Below, piece after piece: positions 8,868 through 17,393 of a stretch of DNA of 25,573 bases. This stretch comes from a virus (taxonomy: Duplodnaviria; Caudoviricetes), in the IMG/VR virus record IMGVR_UViG_3300032224_000200, positions 1 through 25,573 of that record. One strand, written 5' to 3'. The notes beneath the pieces are model-generated. The model ran no database searches. It saw only the letters and a program-made list of their open reading frames with translations, and was not told the origin of the DNA. How positions within the stretch are numbered: position 1 is the stretch's first letter; every line of letters begins with the position of its first letter. A program made the translations under genes and the position numbers.

Positions 8868-9599
8868 ATGGCACTTTTTCGCGGAACTTTTAAGGCAGCC
8901 TCAGCTACGCAAGCAGGCGGAGTTGGCCTTGTGCCATCACCCGCAGCAGGCGATCAAGGCAAATATCTTCAAGGGGACGGAACGTTTGGTGGCCCATTGT
9001 TTAATAAATTACAAGTTCCAAGCAACCGATATATCGGCCCATTGGTTGCCTATGGAGGGGCAGGAGGCACTAGAACTCTTGTATCTTTTTATGTGTATTT
9101 TGTTCCTGTTTATTCCAATGCAAATAGAAGCATATCTGAAATTGTATTTGAAGTAACAACCGCTTCTGGTGCAACTGGAACTCCGACTATGGAGATTGCT
9201 CTTTATAATTGCAGTTCGACTTCTGGACTTCCAACCACTCAAGTTACAAATTCTCTTAAAACTGGAATCAGCCCTACAAGCACAGGCGTTAAAACATCTA
9301 CTTATTCACCTGCTTTTACAATGCCCGCAGGTATTTCTTTTGTTGGAATTAAAGTTAAAGCTTCTGCATCAAATAATAATACTTTTGTTCGGTCAATGGA
9401 AGGCAACGGCAGAGAAAACGCGTTCTTTAGTTCGGTAGCAAACGGCTGGTCCGCCAATCCAACAAGTTCTTTTTATGGAACATCTGTTCCGTATTTTATA
9501 GCTGGAGACAATGTTTCTCTGGCCTCTGATTATACATCTTCAAGTTTTGATTATGAGGTCTATGGGGCTAACTTTGTCGCAGTTTTTTTAAAAACCTAA
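8868..9599 (+). CDS. Putative tail fibre / receptor-binding protein
   Basis: N-terminal GLVPSPAAGDQGKYLQGDGTF motif common in phage fibres, S/T-rich beta C-terminal domain, AGGAG RBS. Confidence 0.65.
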   Translation: MALFRGTFKAASATQAGGVGLVPSPAAGDQGKYLQGDGTFGGPLFNKLQVPSNRYIGPLVAYGGAGGTRTLVSFYVYFVPVYSNANRSISEIVFEVTTASGATGTPTMEIALYNCSSTSGLPTTQVTNSLKTGISPTSTGVKTSTYSPAFTMPAGISFVGIKVKASASNNNTFVRSMEGNGRENAFFSSVANGWSANPTSSFYGTSVPYFIAGDNVSLASDYTSSSFDYEVYGANFVAVFLKT

Positions 9600-9721
9600 T
9601 GCCCCTCTTTTTCATCACCCTCTTGCTCTGCTCCTGCTCGCCAAAGCCACCTGAAAGCGACACACAACTCCCAAGGTATTCCGATATGTCAGCTGCCCAC
9701 GATGCAATGAACGTAAAATGA
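9599..9721 (+). CDS. Tiny putative lipoprotein (40 aa, not in ORF track)
   Basis: TAATG coupling to the upstream stop. MPLFFITLLLCSCSPKPPESDTQLPRYSDMSAAHDAMNVK with a lipobox-like LCS-C. Confidence 0.55.
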   Translation: MPLFFITLLLCSCSPKPPESDTQLPRYSDMSAAHDAMNVK

Positions 9722-9891
9722 ACACCGACAATCAAGCAATCCAAGCCCTCCAATACCTCCTCGACGAAGGCTTTATCTCTCTTGGGTATATCGACGGGAA
9801 GCCTTCTGTATATTTAACTACAAGTGTATTAGAAGCGCAGAAGGCGATTAAGTGCATGAAGAAGGACTCGGCTGATTGGTGGAAGAAATGA
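9718..9891 (+). CDS. Hypothetical protein (57 aa, not in ORF track)
   Basis: ATGA overlaps at both ends. MNTDNQAIQALQYLLDEGFISLGYIDGKPSVYLTTSVLEAQKAIKCMKKDSADWWKK. Confidence 0.6.
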   Translation: MNTDNQAIQALQYLLDEGFISLGYIDGKPSVYLTTSVLEAQKAIKCMKKDSADWWKK

Positions 9892-10157
9892 CTATATTCC
9901 AAAGATTTCTTTTCTGGCTTTGGGCAAAGCTATTCCTAGGAAGGCTTAACTCTCAGATATTAGAGAGAGCAATCAAGCTATCCAAGATGCACAACCTAGA
10001 TGCCGGAGAGTTGGGTTATGATCCCCGCACAAAACATTTAATTTCTTACGCAAAAGTCAGGAAGGATCTCGGAAACCCCGAAACTCTTACCGGAGCTATC
10101 ATCCATATTGCAGTCGCAGTCTCCTACCTAGAGGGCAATGGCAGGAAGGATGATTAG
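9888..10157 (+). CDS. Hypothetical protein with aromatic amphipathic N-terminus
   Basis: ATG 9888 overlaps the previous stop (ATGA). Begins MTIFQRFLFWLWAKLFLG. Confidence 0.55.
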   Translation: MTIFQRFLFWLWAKLFLGRLNSQILERAIKLSKMHNLDAGELGYDPRTKHLISYAKVRKDLGNPETLTGAIIHIAVAVSYLEGNGRKDD

Positions 10158-10434
10158 CGTCATGGGGATTGATATGCTGGACGCGATTATGGAGATGAAG
10201 GAGAGGCTTGCTCGTCTCGAAGAAGTTCAGCGTTCTATGCAGGACCGTCAGAAACATATTTGCGATATAGTAGAGAAGCAAGCCTGTAATCTCGGGGAGT
10301 GGGTTGAGCGTATCTCTATGAGGGTAAGTGCGATAGAGCATATTTGGGCAAAGATTTTAGGGGCGGCTACCGCATTAAGTATTCTTTTTTCATTTATCTT
10401 TGACTGGATTAAAACCCGTCTTACAGGTCACTAG
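10138..10434 (+). CDS. Coiled-coil protein with C-terminal TM helix (holin/XhlA-like architecture)
   Basis: Heptad region MKERLARLEE followed by hydrophobic IWAKILGAATALSILFSFIFDW. Start is uncertain among several Met codons. Confidence 0.5.
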   Translation: MAGRMISVMGIDMLDAIMEMKERLARLEEVQRSMQDRQKHICDIVEKQACNLGEWVERISMRVSAIEHIWAKILGAATALSILFSFIFDWIKTRLTGH

Positions 10435-10445
10435 GAGGAAAATAT

Positions 10446-11426
10446 ATGGCAGAAATTACAACGACTCAAAGTTTCTCTGATGGAGATATAGTAACGGCAA
10501 CTAAGCTAAATAACATTCAGGCTAATTCGTCTATTCAGCCTGACATTATCACTAACAAGTCCTCAGAGGCAACCGTGGACCCCGTAAATGATTTTGTTTT
10601 AATGTATGATTCCTCTGCAGTTTCGTTAAAAAAGGTCACACCATCGAACATTGTAAGGGGTGGAACTACATCAGACTTCCCGATTGGTGGCAATGCTACG
10701 ATTAGCGGAACTCTTGCTGTAACTGGCGCGATCAGTGCGACATCAACAATCAACGGGACAACAATCCCCGCCACAAAAACGCTAGTCACAACCACTGATA
10801 CCCAAACGCTTACTAGCAAAACTTTAACAACTCCAATCATAAGCTCAATATCCAATACCGGAACTATCACACTTCCCACCTCAACTGATACTCTTGTAGG
10901 CAGGGCAACAACTGACACGCTTACAAATAAAACTCTTACAAGCCCCGTGATTTCAGGTGGGACGATCAATAATGCTACGATTGGTGCTACAACTGCATCT
11001 TCGGCTAGTTTTACCACTATTAGCGCAAGTGGTTTGATTACTGCAAGTGGTGGAGTTTCTGGAAATGTTATTGGTAATTTAACTGGAAACGCAAGCGGAT
11101 CGTCGAGTTCATGCACAGGAAATGCCGCAACTGCCACAACTGCTTCGGCTTGCACTGGAAATTCTGCAACTGCCACAACTGCTTCGGCTTGTAGCGGAAA
11201 CTCTGCAACTGCCACAACTGCTTCGGCTTGCACTGGAAATTCTGCAACTGCCACAACTCTTCAGAACACAAGAACAATCAATGGAATAAGCTTTAACGGA
11301 TCTGGAAACATTATAACTAATCCAAGCACAGGGGCATATTCTAACGGATATGGTGCGAGAACAGTTACATCAGTAACCTCTACACCGACTGGTGGGGCGG
11401 ACGGTGACATCGTATATGTTATTTAA
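10446..11426 (+). CDS. Tail fibre protein
   Basis: N-terminal anchor motif (FSDGDIVTATKLN), TDTQTLTSKTL/TDTLTNKTL repeats, GNSATAT repeats, RTINGISFNGSGNI motif, C-terminal PTGGADGDI; AGGAGG RBS. Confidence 0.85.
   Translation: MAEITTTQSFSDGDIVTATKLNNIQANSSIQPDIITNKSSEATVDPVNDFVLMYDSSAVSLKKVTPSNIVRGGTTSDFPIGGNATISGTLAVTGAISATSTINGTTIPATKTLVTTTDTQTLTSKTLTTPIISSISNTGTITLPTSTDTLVGRATTDTLTNKTLTSPVISGGTINNATIGATTASSASFTTISASGLITASGGVSGNVIGNLTGNASGSSSSCTGNAATATTASACTGNSATATTASACSGNSATATTASACTGNSATATTLQNTRTINGISFNGSGNIITNPSTGAYSNGYGARTVTSVTSTPTGGADGDIVYVI
11112..11258 (+). repeat. 39-bp tandem repeat (about 3.8 copies) encoding CTGNSATATTASA
   Basis: Units start at 11112, 11151, 11190 and 11229 with the invariant core GCAACTGCCACAACT. 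Confidence 0.95.
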
Positions 11427-11429
11427 CCA

Positions 11430-12185
11430 ATGCCGACTACATACATTAGAAATGGTGAAACTTGGCCGAAAGTAAAAAAAGCGTTCATAAGGAACGGTGG
11501 CGTTTGGTCTGAGATAAAGACTATTTGGGTTAGAAACTCGGGAGCATGGAGCAAATACTTCGTTAACCTAGTTACAGTAAATGTTGTTCAGTCACAGAAT
11601 AACATAAATCTAAAAGACCTTTATGTTAACCAGACTGGCGAAAACCCGAGCAGTGGTGTTTCAGTTTTGTTTAATATAAACGCAAATATGGGAAGTACCA
11701 GTGCGTCAACTGCATCTATTGTTACAGGTTCATGGCCCTCTGAATCTGAGATAACTATAAGCATTGCAAACGGTGTGTATGTTGCAGGCGCAGGTGGTGG
11801 TTCCAATACGGCAGGCGGGAGCGGAATTTCATTAGGTTATAATGTTGCAATAATTAACAATGGTGTAATTGCTGGGGGGGGAGGAGGAGGGGGAAGCGTT
11901 AATTATTCTGGTGTCGGCTACGCCGCCGGAGGGTCGGGTGCTGGATTGGTGAACGGCTTCCTGTACAGTCAAACAGGAGGGGGTAGCTTTTCAGCTAATA
12001 TATTTGGGAGTCAAGTAACTGGCACTGGTGGTACTGGTGGTGCATTGGGTAGTGCTGGGGAATCGTCGGGAGGAAGCGCAAAAGGACAATTCGCTACCAG
12101 ATACCCCGCTGGGGCAGGTGGTAGTTCCATACAAGAAAATGGCTACACTGCTACAATCTCTGGAAGCGGAAGCCGAATAAACTAA
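11430..12185 (+). CDS. Glycine-rich receptor-binding adhesin, T-even gp38-like
   Basis: Trp-containing N-terminal repeats, IINNGVIAGGGGGGG and further Gly-rich motifs; directly after the fibre gene. Confidence 0.7.
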   Translation: MPTTYIRNGETWPKVKKAFIRNGGVWSEIKTIWVRNSGAWSKYFVNLVTVNVVQSQNNINLKDLYVNQTGENPSSGVSVLFNINANMGSTSASTASIVTGSWPSESEITISIANGVYVAGAGGGSNTAGGSGISLGYNVAIINNGVIAGGGGGGGSVNYSGVGYAAGGSGAGLVNGFLYSQTGGGSFSANIFGSQVTGTGGTGGALGSAGESSGGSAKGQFATRYPAGAGGSSIQENGYTATISGSGSRIN

Positions 12186-12233
12186 GTGAAAATGCGCCCC
12201 AAAAACTATTACTAACAAGAAAGAAAATAAAAT

Positions 12234-12959
12234 ATGAATTTATCTGACATGGCATCATTCGTAACCGGAAAGATCGGCAAAACCGATTCTGACTCAGTAG
12301 CCCAATGCAGGGAATTTCTCGCTAGAAGATATGAACTTATATGGTCTAGTCAGCTTTGGAGGGATACCCTAGGAACATCCGCTCAATCAGTTCCTTCCGG
12401 AACTCAGGATGTAACTATATCCAATACCGCGATTGACCAGATCGTTGCAGTGAGATGGTCTGACACCACGCTGGGACCAGTTCAATATGAAGCGGTATAT
12501 GCGATTGATCCTACTCTCTTCGATAACACCGGAACTCCCCTCGGCTTTGTAACACTCCCCAAAACTGCGACAGGGATATGTCAACTGCGTCTAGTCCAGA
12601 CTCCTTCCGAGACAAAAACCCTATCAGTTCTTGGCAAGATCAAGCTCCGGATTATTGACGGATCTTCTCAATTTCAAACCCGCAACCTAACTAACGATAC
12701 GGACAGTCCCGCCCTTAACGGCATCGACAATGCTCTACTGGCTTTCGCAGAGGGCGATATGCTTACGCGAGACAGGCAGTATGCGAAGGCTCAAATGATG
12801 TATGGGGATGGCGTGGCTCAAATCAAGGTTGCTACAAACATAGAGAGAGGTCAGTCGGCATATAACCTAACTGTTACTGCGGTGGACTCCGGTGAATGGT
12901 CAAGGTCTGATTGGGATTATCCGGTCTATTCCGGATCTAAGTCATCATTCCTAGGGTAA
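12234..12959 (+). CDS. Putative head-tail adaptor (tail tubular A-like)
   Basis: Helical N-terminus, beta middle (GTP..F motif) and helical C-terminus; precedes the nozzle gene. Inferred from synteny. Confidence 0.65.
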   Translation: MNLSDMASFVTGKIGKTDSDSVAQCREFLARRYELIWSSQLWRDTLGTSAQSVPSGTQDVTISNTAIDQIVAVRWSDTTLGPVQYEAVYAIDPTLFDNTGTPLGFVTLPKTATGICQLRLVQTPSETKTLSVLGKIKLRIIDGSSQFQTRNLTNDTDSPALNGIDNALLAFAEGDMLTRDRQYAKAQMMYGDGVAQIKVATNIERGQSAYNLTVTAVDSGEWSRSDWDYPVYSGSKSSFLG

Positions 12960-12969
12960 GTAAAAGAAA

Positions 12970-14571
12970 ATGCCTATTGTCTCAAACTCCGGATTGGATG
13001 ATCCAATCCTATTCGATGTTACATCATCATTCGTTGGTGGTGTAAATAATATCTCATCGACTAAACTACTAGCAGATAATCAAGGTTCTGAGTTTATCAA
13101 TGTTGACATAGATCGGATTGGAAATGCGGTGACTCGGCGCGGTACTGCATCGGTATCATCGTCAGCCGTTCCGGAGGGATCTTCTCAAATTCAAGGGATG
13201 TATTATTTTGATACGGGCGTTGTTAACCAGATTGTAATAGCCAAGAATGGCAAGATATTCTCTTATGATGGGAATGTTGGATCGGGGTCTTGGACGAGGG
13301 ACGCATCTTCTTATGTAAGCGGATCTACTGATAATGTTGTGACCTTTGCCCAACTATCAGATAAGTTGTATTTCTGCAACGGGACTAGCGACATTAAGAG
13401 TTACAACGGGACTACCGTTGCCTCTATACCTGCGGCGGCAAATGCGCCAACAGGAGTCAGGCTTCTATGCTCTCATACGAATAGAATGTTCGCGATCAGG
13501 TCAGCAGAATCAGATACTATCTATGTTTCTGACCTTCTATCAGTAGAGGGGACTTCGGCTTGGTCAAATGTTGACTCATTCCGAGTAGGTGGAGATGGTG
13601 AGCCGATCACAGGAATAGCTTCATGGACTGGTTATCGGTTGGTGGTTTTTAAGGAGAACTCAACATACGTCATCACAACTGATCCAACTGCCGCTAGTAT
13701 TGCAAATTGGTCTATTGAGGTCGTTAGCTCTGAAGTTGGGTGCGTAGCCCAAAATAGCATTTGTCAGATCGGGGCTAATTTATATTGGTTGGCTCAAGAT
13801 GGGGTAAGGAGTATGCAGAGAATCCTGCAAGGAACAGATCAGGAAATCTCTGAGCCATTATCAAAGATAATTGACTCTACGATTAAGGAAATAAACAGGA
13901 CATACATATCGAGGGCATCAGCCTTGTATTATCGGAACCGCTATATTTTATCAATACCGACAGGCTCATCAACTAAGAATGACTGCTCTATTGTTTATAA
14001 CACCGTACACAAAGCATGGTCGGGGAAATGGACGAACTTCGGGGCAAATCAATTCTGCCACTACACAAACAGTCCATCCAACTGCCTAGTTCTTGGGACA
14101 CCTAATGGTTCTGTATTGCAGTGGAAAGAGTGGGTTAGCGATAACAACGAAATAGCTTCGGACTATCAAGACTCTGGTTCAGATATAAGAACTAGCCTGA
14201 CTACGAAGGAGTTCACCTTTGGAGATATAATGAGCTATAAAAGCCTTAACAATGTTGAGGTTCAGTTCTATTCAAGCCTTGCCTACTGCTCCGTTTCATT
14301 GATTGACGAAAATGGAAATACTGTAATTGCTTTGTCGAATATAGACAGTTCAGCGTTTTCGGGTGGGCTTGGAGCCCTAATTCTTCCATTCACTTTGAAC
14401 GCAAATGCTATTCTCAGGAATCAAAAATCAAAGAGAAGGGCTAGGAGCCTTCTTGGGAATCAGCCAGTTAGGGGAGCGCAGGTTCTTATTGAGAGCGGTT
14501 CGGGTAAGCTAAACATTCAATCTGTTATTGTAAGCGCATTCTTGGATGCCTTCGTCAGCGAGGAGCTATGA
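12970..14571 (+). CDS. Tail stabilisation/nozzle protein (P22 gp10 / tubular B-like beta-propeller)
   Basis: SFVGGVN..NVDID..G...RRG N-terminus, repeated beta blades, LVVFKENS and VGCVAQNSI motifs. Confidence 0.8.
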   Translation: MPIVSNSGLDDPILFDVTSSFVGGVNNISSTKLLADNQGSEFINVDIDRIGNAVTRRGTASVSSSAVPEGSSQIQGMYYFDTGVVNQIVIAKNGKIFSYDGNVGSGSWTRDASSYVSGSTDNVVTFAQLSDKLYFCNGTSDIKSYNGTTVASIPAAANAPTGVRLLCSHTNRMFAIRSAESDTIYVSDLLSVEGTSAWSNVDSFRVGGDGEPITGIASWTGYRLVVFKENSTYVITTDPTAASIANWSIEVVSSEVGCVAQNSICQIGANLYWLAQDGVRSMQRILQGTDQEISEPLSKIIDSTIKEINRTYISRASALYYRNRYILSIPTGSSTKNDCSIVYNTVHKAWSGKWTNFGANQFCHYTNSPSNCLVLGTPNGSVLQWKEWVSDNNEIASDYQDSGSDIRTSLTTKEFTFGDIMSYKSLNNVEVQFYSSLAYCSVSLIDENGNTVIALSNIDSSAFSGGLGALILPFTLNANAILRNQKSKRRARSLLGNQPVRGAQVLIESGSGKLNIQSVIVSAFLDAFVSEEL

Positions 14572-14990
14572 CCGTAACGGCTTCAATGGCGGCTGATTGG
14601 GTAAGCACTCGAATGAAGGGGTGGGAGAATGTGACGCATACTACAAATGTTATGCAGTGGTATATGAATAAAGAGCTATGCGGGATTGCAACTGACGGGG
14701 ACGAGATCAAGGGAGTTGCTTGCGTAAGGTTTTTGAATCAAGCAGAGGATGGTCTTGAGCCATATAAGCATGATCCTGAGGGAAATTGCACTTGGGTTGA
14801 GCTAGTGGTTGCAGATCAAGGAGTTGCAATATCGTCATTATTTAATCTTCTTTGGTCTAAGTATGGACGGAGGCCCTTTGTGGCATATCGCAGGGAGCTA
14901 AAGAACGGAAAAATAAGGAAGTTCGGGGTCGATATGTTTGACCGCATGAACTCCTTTTGCATGAGGGAACTAACACTTGCCACTGCCTGA
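14568..14990 (+). CDS. Putative acyltransferase (HlyC/GNAT-like fold)
   Basis: 140 aa in the slot where podoviruses often carry a GNAT-like gene. The pattern DGDEIKGVACVRFL...EGNCTWVELVVA...LWSKYG..AYRR resembles HlyC by eye. Confidence 0.45.
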   Translation: MTVTASMAADWVSTRMKGWENVTHTTNVMQWYMNKELCGIATDGDEIKGVACVRFLNQAEDGLEPYKHDPEGNCTWVELVVADQGVAISSLFNLLWSKYGRRPFVAYRRELKNGKIRKFGVDMFDRMNSFCMRELTLATA

Positions 14991-15014
14991 TGTGGCATTA
15001 CATGGAGAAAAACA

Positions 15015-16478
15015 ATGTTTTTAGAACAAAGACTTTCTAACCCCAAGTGGGCGCATTCATTCTCGGGGATGTTTTGGCAGAGCATGGTATTTTATGGTGG
15101 ATCTCCGCCTTCACCTCCTCCGCCTCCTCCCGCGCCTGAGCCTCCTAATTATGCCGCCGCAAACTCGGCGGGAGTTGAAGCCGATATTCGTGCGCTTCCG
15201 GCTAGGAAGGCTGTTGAAAATCTTGCGAAACTTGGCGGAAAGGGAACTGTCCAGATCCCTTCTTACTCGAAGGATGGAACATTTAATGGATATAGTAACG
15301 TAGATGTTGACTTCGTTGGTAAGTCCGATGTCGATGTAGCTAAAGAGATAGCTAAGTTTCAAAGGCAGGAGCAGGACAATAACGCTCAAGCCGCATACGA
15401 TCTTCAGGCTAAATATGGAACTAAATTTGCAGAGCAGGCCAAGGAGCAACTCAAAGCGATAGATCCAACTGGATACGCGAACAGAGAACTTCTTGGTAAG
15501 AAAGTTTCTGACACAGAGTTTGAGTCAGTTTCAGATGGTCCAACATTTAAGCAAAATACGTCAGGGCCTAGCTATGAAATGTCAAAGGATGCGCCTTCAT
15601 TATCCCGTCAAGCCTACGGACCGCAGTTTCAAGCAGGAGATGAGAACGCAGGTGGAGGCAATGCCGCAAGAGGCAGGGCTGAGATCGAGCGTCAGCTAGG
15701 GGAGAATCTTTTTAATAATGGCAAGCTAACTGAAGAACAGGCTCGTCGGCTCAATAACTCTGTTCGCGGGGCTCAAACCGCTCGAGGCAACATTTACGGA
15801 AATGCTCCAACCGCTCAAGAGATTCTGACCCGTTCCGGAGCAGAGACGGAAATGGCTCGGCAGGCTCGTTCTGATGTTGTCGGCTATCTGCAATCTGGAC
15901 AAAGCAGTTACGACATTGCCAATGCAATCCGGCAGGAATCCAACCAGCTAGCCCAACAAGGCTACATGAATTATTCGACTGCAAACTCAGTCAATAATGC
16001 CCTTGCACAGCAAGAGTTCCAGAATCAGCAGACCTCTCTTGGGCAGAGGAATCAGGCTCAACAGTCGATGTATCAGAATGAACTGAGCGCAAACACAGCC
16101 AACAATCAGCTAGCTCAACAGGCTTACGGCAATCAGCTTGCGGGAGTTCAACAGAGGAATGCGGCTACTCAACAGGGTATCGCAAACCTTCAAAGCTATT
16201 CCGGACTTCAGCCAATCGTTACGCAAGGAGGCCAATTAGGGGCATTAGGTCAGGGCGCGGCCCCAACAATTTCAACTCCGATCCCTCAGGGGGTGAATGT
16301 GAATCCGGCGGCAGGTCAGACTGCATCAAACTTTGCTCTTGGTGTTTATGGGAATCAAACAAGCCAATACAACTCGCTCTTGGATTACAATGCCAAGACT
16401 TACGCATCACAGATGCAGTACGCACAGTCAAACTCGCCTCTAAGCTGGATCACCGGAATCGGCGGAGTCTTGTTCTAA
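15015..16478 (+). CDS. Internal virion / DNA ejection protein 1
   Basis: GGAG RBS, GGSPPSPPPPP..PNY near the N-terminus, Q/N/A-rich helical repeats, AQTARGN motif and a hydrophobic Gly-rich C-terminus. Confidence 0.7.
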   Translation: MFLEQRLSNPKWAHSFSGMFWQSMVFYGGSPPSPPPPPPAPEPPNYAAANSAGVEADIRALPARKAVENLAKLGGKGTVQIPSYSKDGTFNGYSNVDVDFVGKSDVDVAKEIAKFQRQEQDNNAQAAYDLQAKYGTKFAEQAKEQLKAIDPTGYANRELLGKKVSDTEFESVSDGPTFKQNTSGPSYEMSKDAPSLSRQAYGPQFQAGDENAGGGNAARGRAEIERQLGENLFNNGKLTEEQARRLNNSVRGAQTARGNIYGNAPTAQEILTRSGAETEMARQARSDVVGYLQSGQSSYDIANAIRQESNQLAQQGYMNYSTANSVNNALAQQEFQNQQTSLGQRNQAQQSMYQNELSANTANNQLAQQAYGNQLAGVQQRNAATQQGIANLQSYSGLQPIVTQGGQLGALGQGAAPTISTPIPQGVNVNPAAGQTASNFALGVYGNQTSQYNSLLDYNAKTYASQMQYAQSNSPLSWITGIGGVLF

Positions 16479-16490
16479 GGAGAATTATAT

Positions 16491-17390
16491 ATGGGATTAT
16501 TTAGAGATGTTTATGGGATAGTCAGTCAATCACAACAGGCTGATCTTGCCGAAAAACAGTTTAATGCGGAAATGGAACTAAAGCAGAAGTATTACGAAAG
16601 GCAGATGCAACAATACAATGAAACCAACCGCAGGAAGGAAGAGGTTTATGCAGGAATTTCCGAGCTTGGAGTAATCGACAAGACGATTGGTGAGACAAGT
16701 TTCCAGAAAACGATGATGGAACAAAGGTTCCAAAAATCAGCCCTGAAAGATCCTGAAGAAGCCAGCCGATTTATGATCGAAAGTCAGGTGCTAGCAAAAA
16801 GACTTCAAGACCTTAACAATATCAGGAAGGTCAAGGGAGCAGAACTTACCTACAAGTCCATTGATGGGCAGTACGCAAAGGCAAAGGCCTTAGACTTGGC
16901 TGATTTCTTGAATGGCAGGGAAGTCTCTGATTCTGGAATGGCTACTGTAACTAAAAAGCGAAAGATTCTTGACGATGCCGGAATGGATACTGGTGAGACT
17001 GAAACAGTTACCATGAAAGTTCCTCAGGCTCAGGCGGGATTCGGAGGGTATGTTAGTGGTGAGGCGCAGGCCCCACAACAATCTAGCTACAATCCTTACT
17101 CAATGGCAGGAGCGATGATTGATTCCTCCGCAACTCTTGGCGATTCCACTCCTGAATACGCGATGCCAATGTATCGGGCTCAGTCGCAGAATCAGTTAAT
17201 GGCTGATGTGGCTAATGTTCCGGTCCAATCTCCTGCTCAGGATCAATCACAAGTCATGCGAGCCCAACCTCAAGCGGACACAGAGACAGTAAGACAACAG
17301 GCTTTAAGCGCAATGTCTCGAGCGCAGACACCGGAGCAACGGCAAAAGATTAAGGATCGTGCGGCCCAAATGGGAGTCAACCTTCCCTAA
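16491..17390 (+). CDS. Internal virion / DNA ejection protein 2
   Basis: AAGGAG RBS, helical and Q-rich, positioned between two other ejection-type genes. Confidence 0.6.
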   Translation: MGLFRDVYGIVSQSQQADLAEKQFNAEMELKQKYYERQMQQYNETNRRKEEVYAGISELGVIDKTIGETSFQKTMMEQRFQKSALKDPEEASRFMIESQVLAKRLQDLNNIRKVKGAELTYKSIDGQYAKAKALDLADFLNGREVSDSGMATVTKKRKILDDAGMDTGETETVTMKVPQAQAGFGGYVSGEAQAPQQSSYNPYSMAGAMIDSSATLGDSTPEYAMPMYRAQSQNQLMADVANVPVQSPAQDQSQVMRAQPQADTETVRQQALSAMSRAQTPEQRQKIKDRAAQMGVNLP

Positions 17391-17393
17391 CGT

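Noticed and set aside
10535-11254. 239-aa antisense ORF
   Set aside because: A shadow of the Thr/Ala/Gly-rich repetitive fibre codons, with no independent features.
11112-11258. Possible CRISPR array
   Set aside because: Contiguous in-frame coding repeats with no unique spacers and no cas genes.
8118-12185. Diversity-generating retroelement or invertible fibre cassette
   Set aside because: No reverse transcriptase, no TR/VR pair and no invertase or flanking inverted sites seen in this window.
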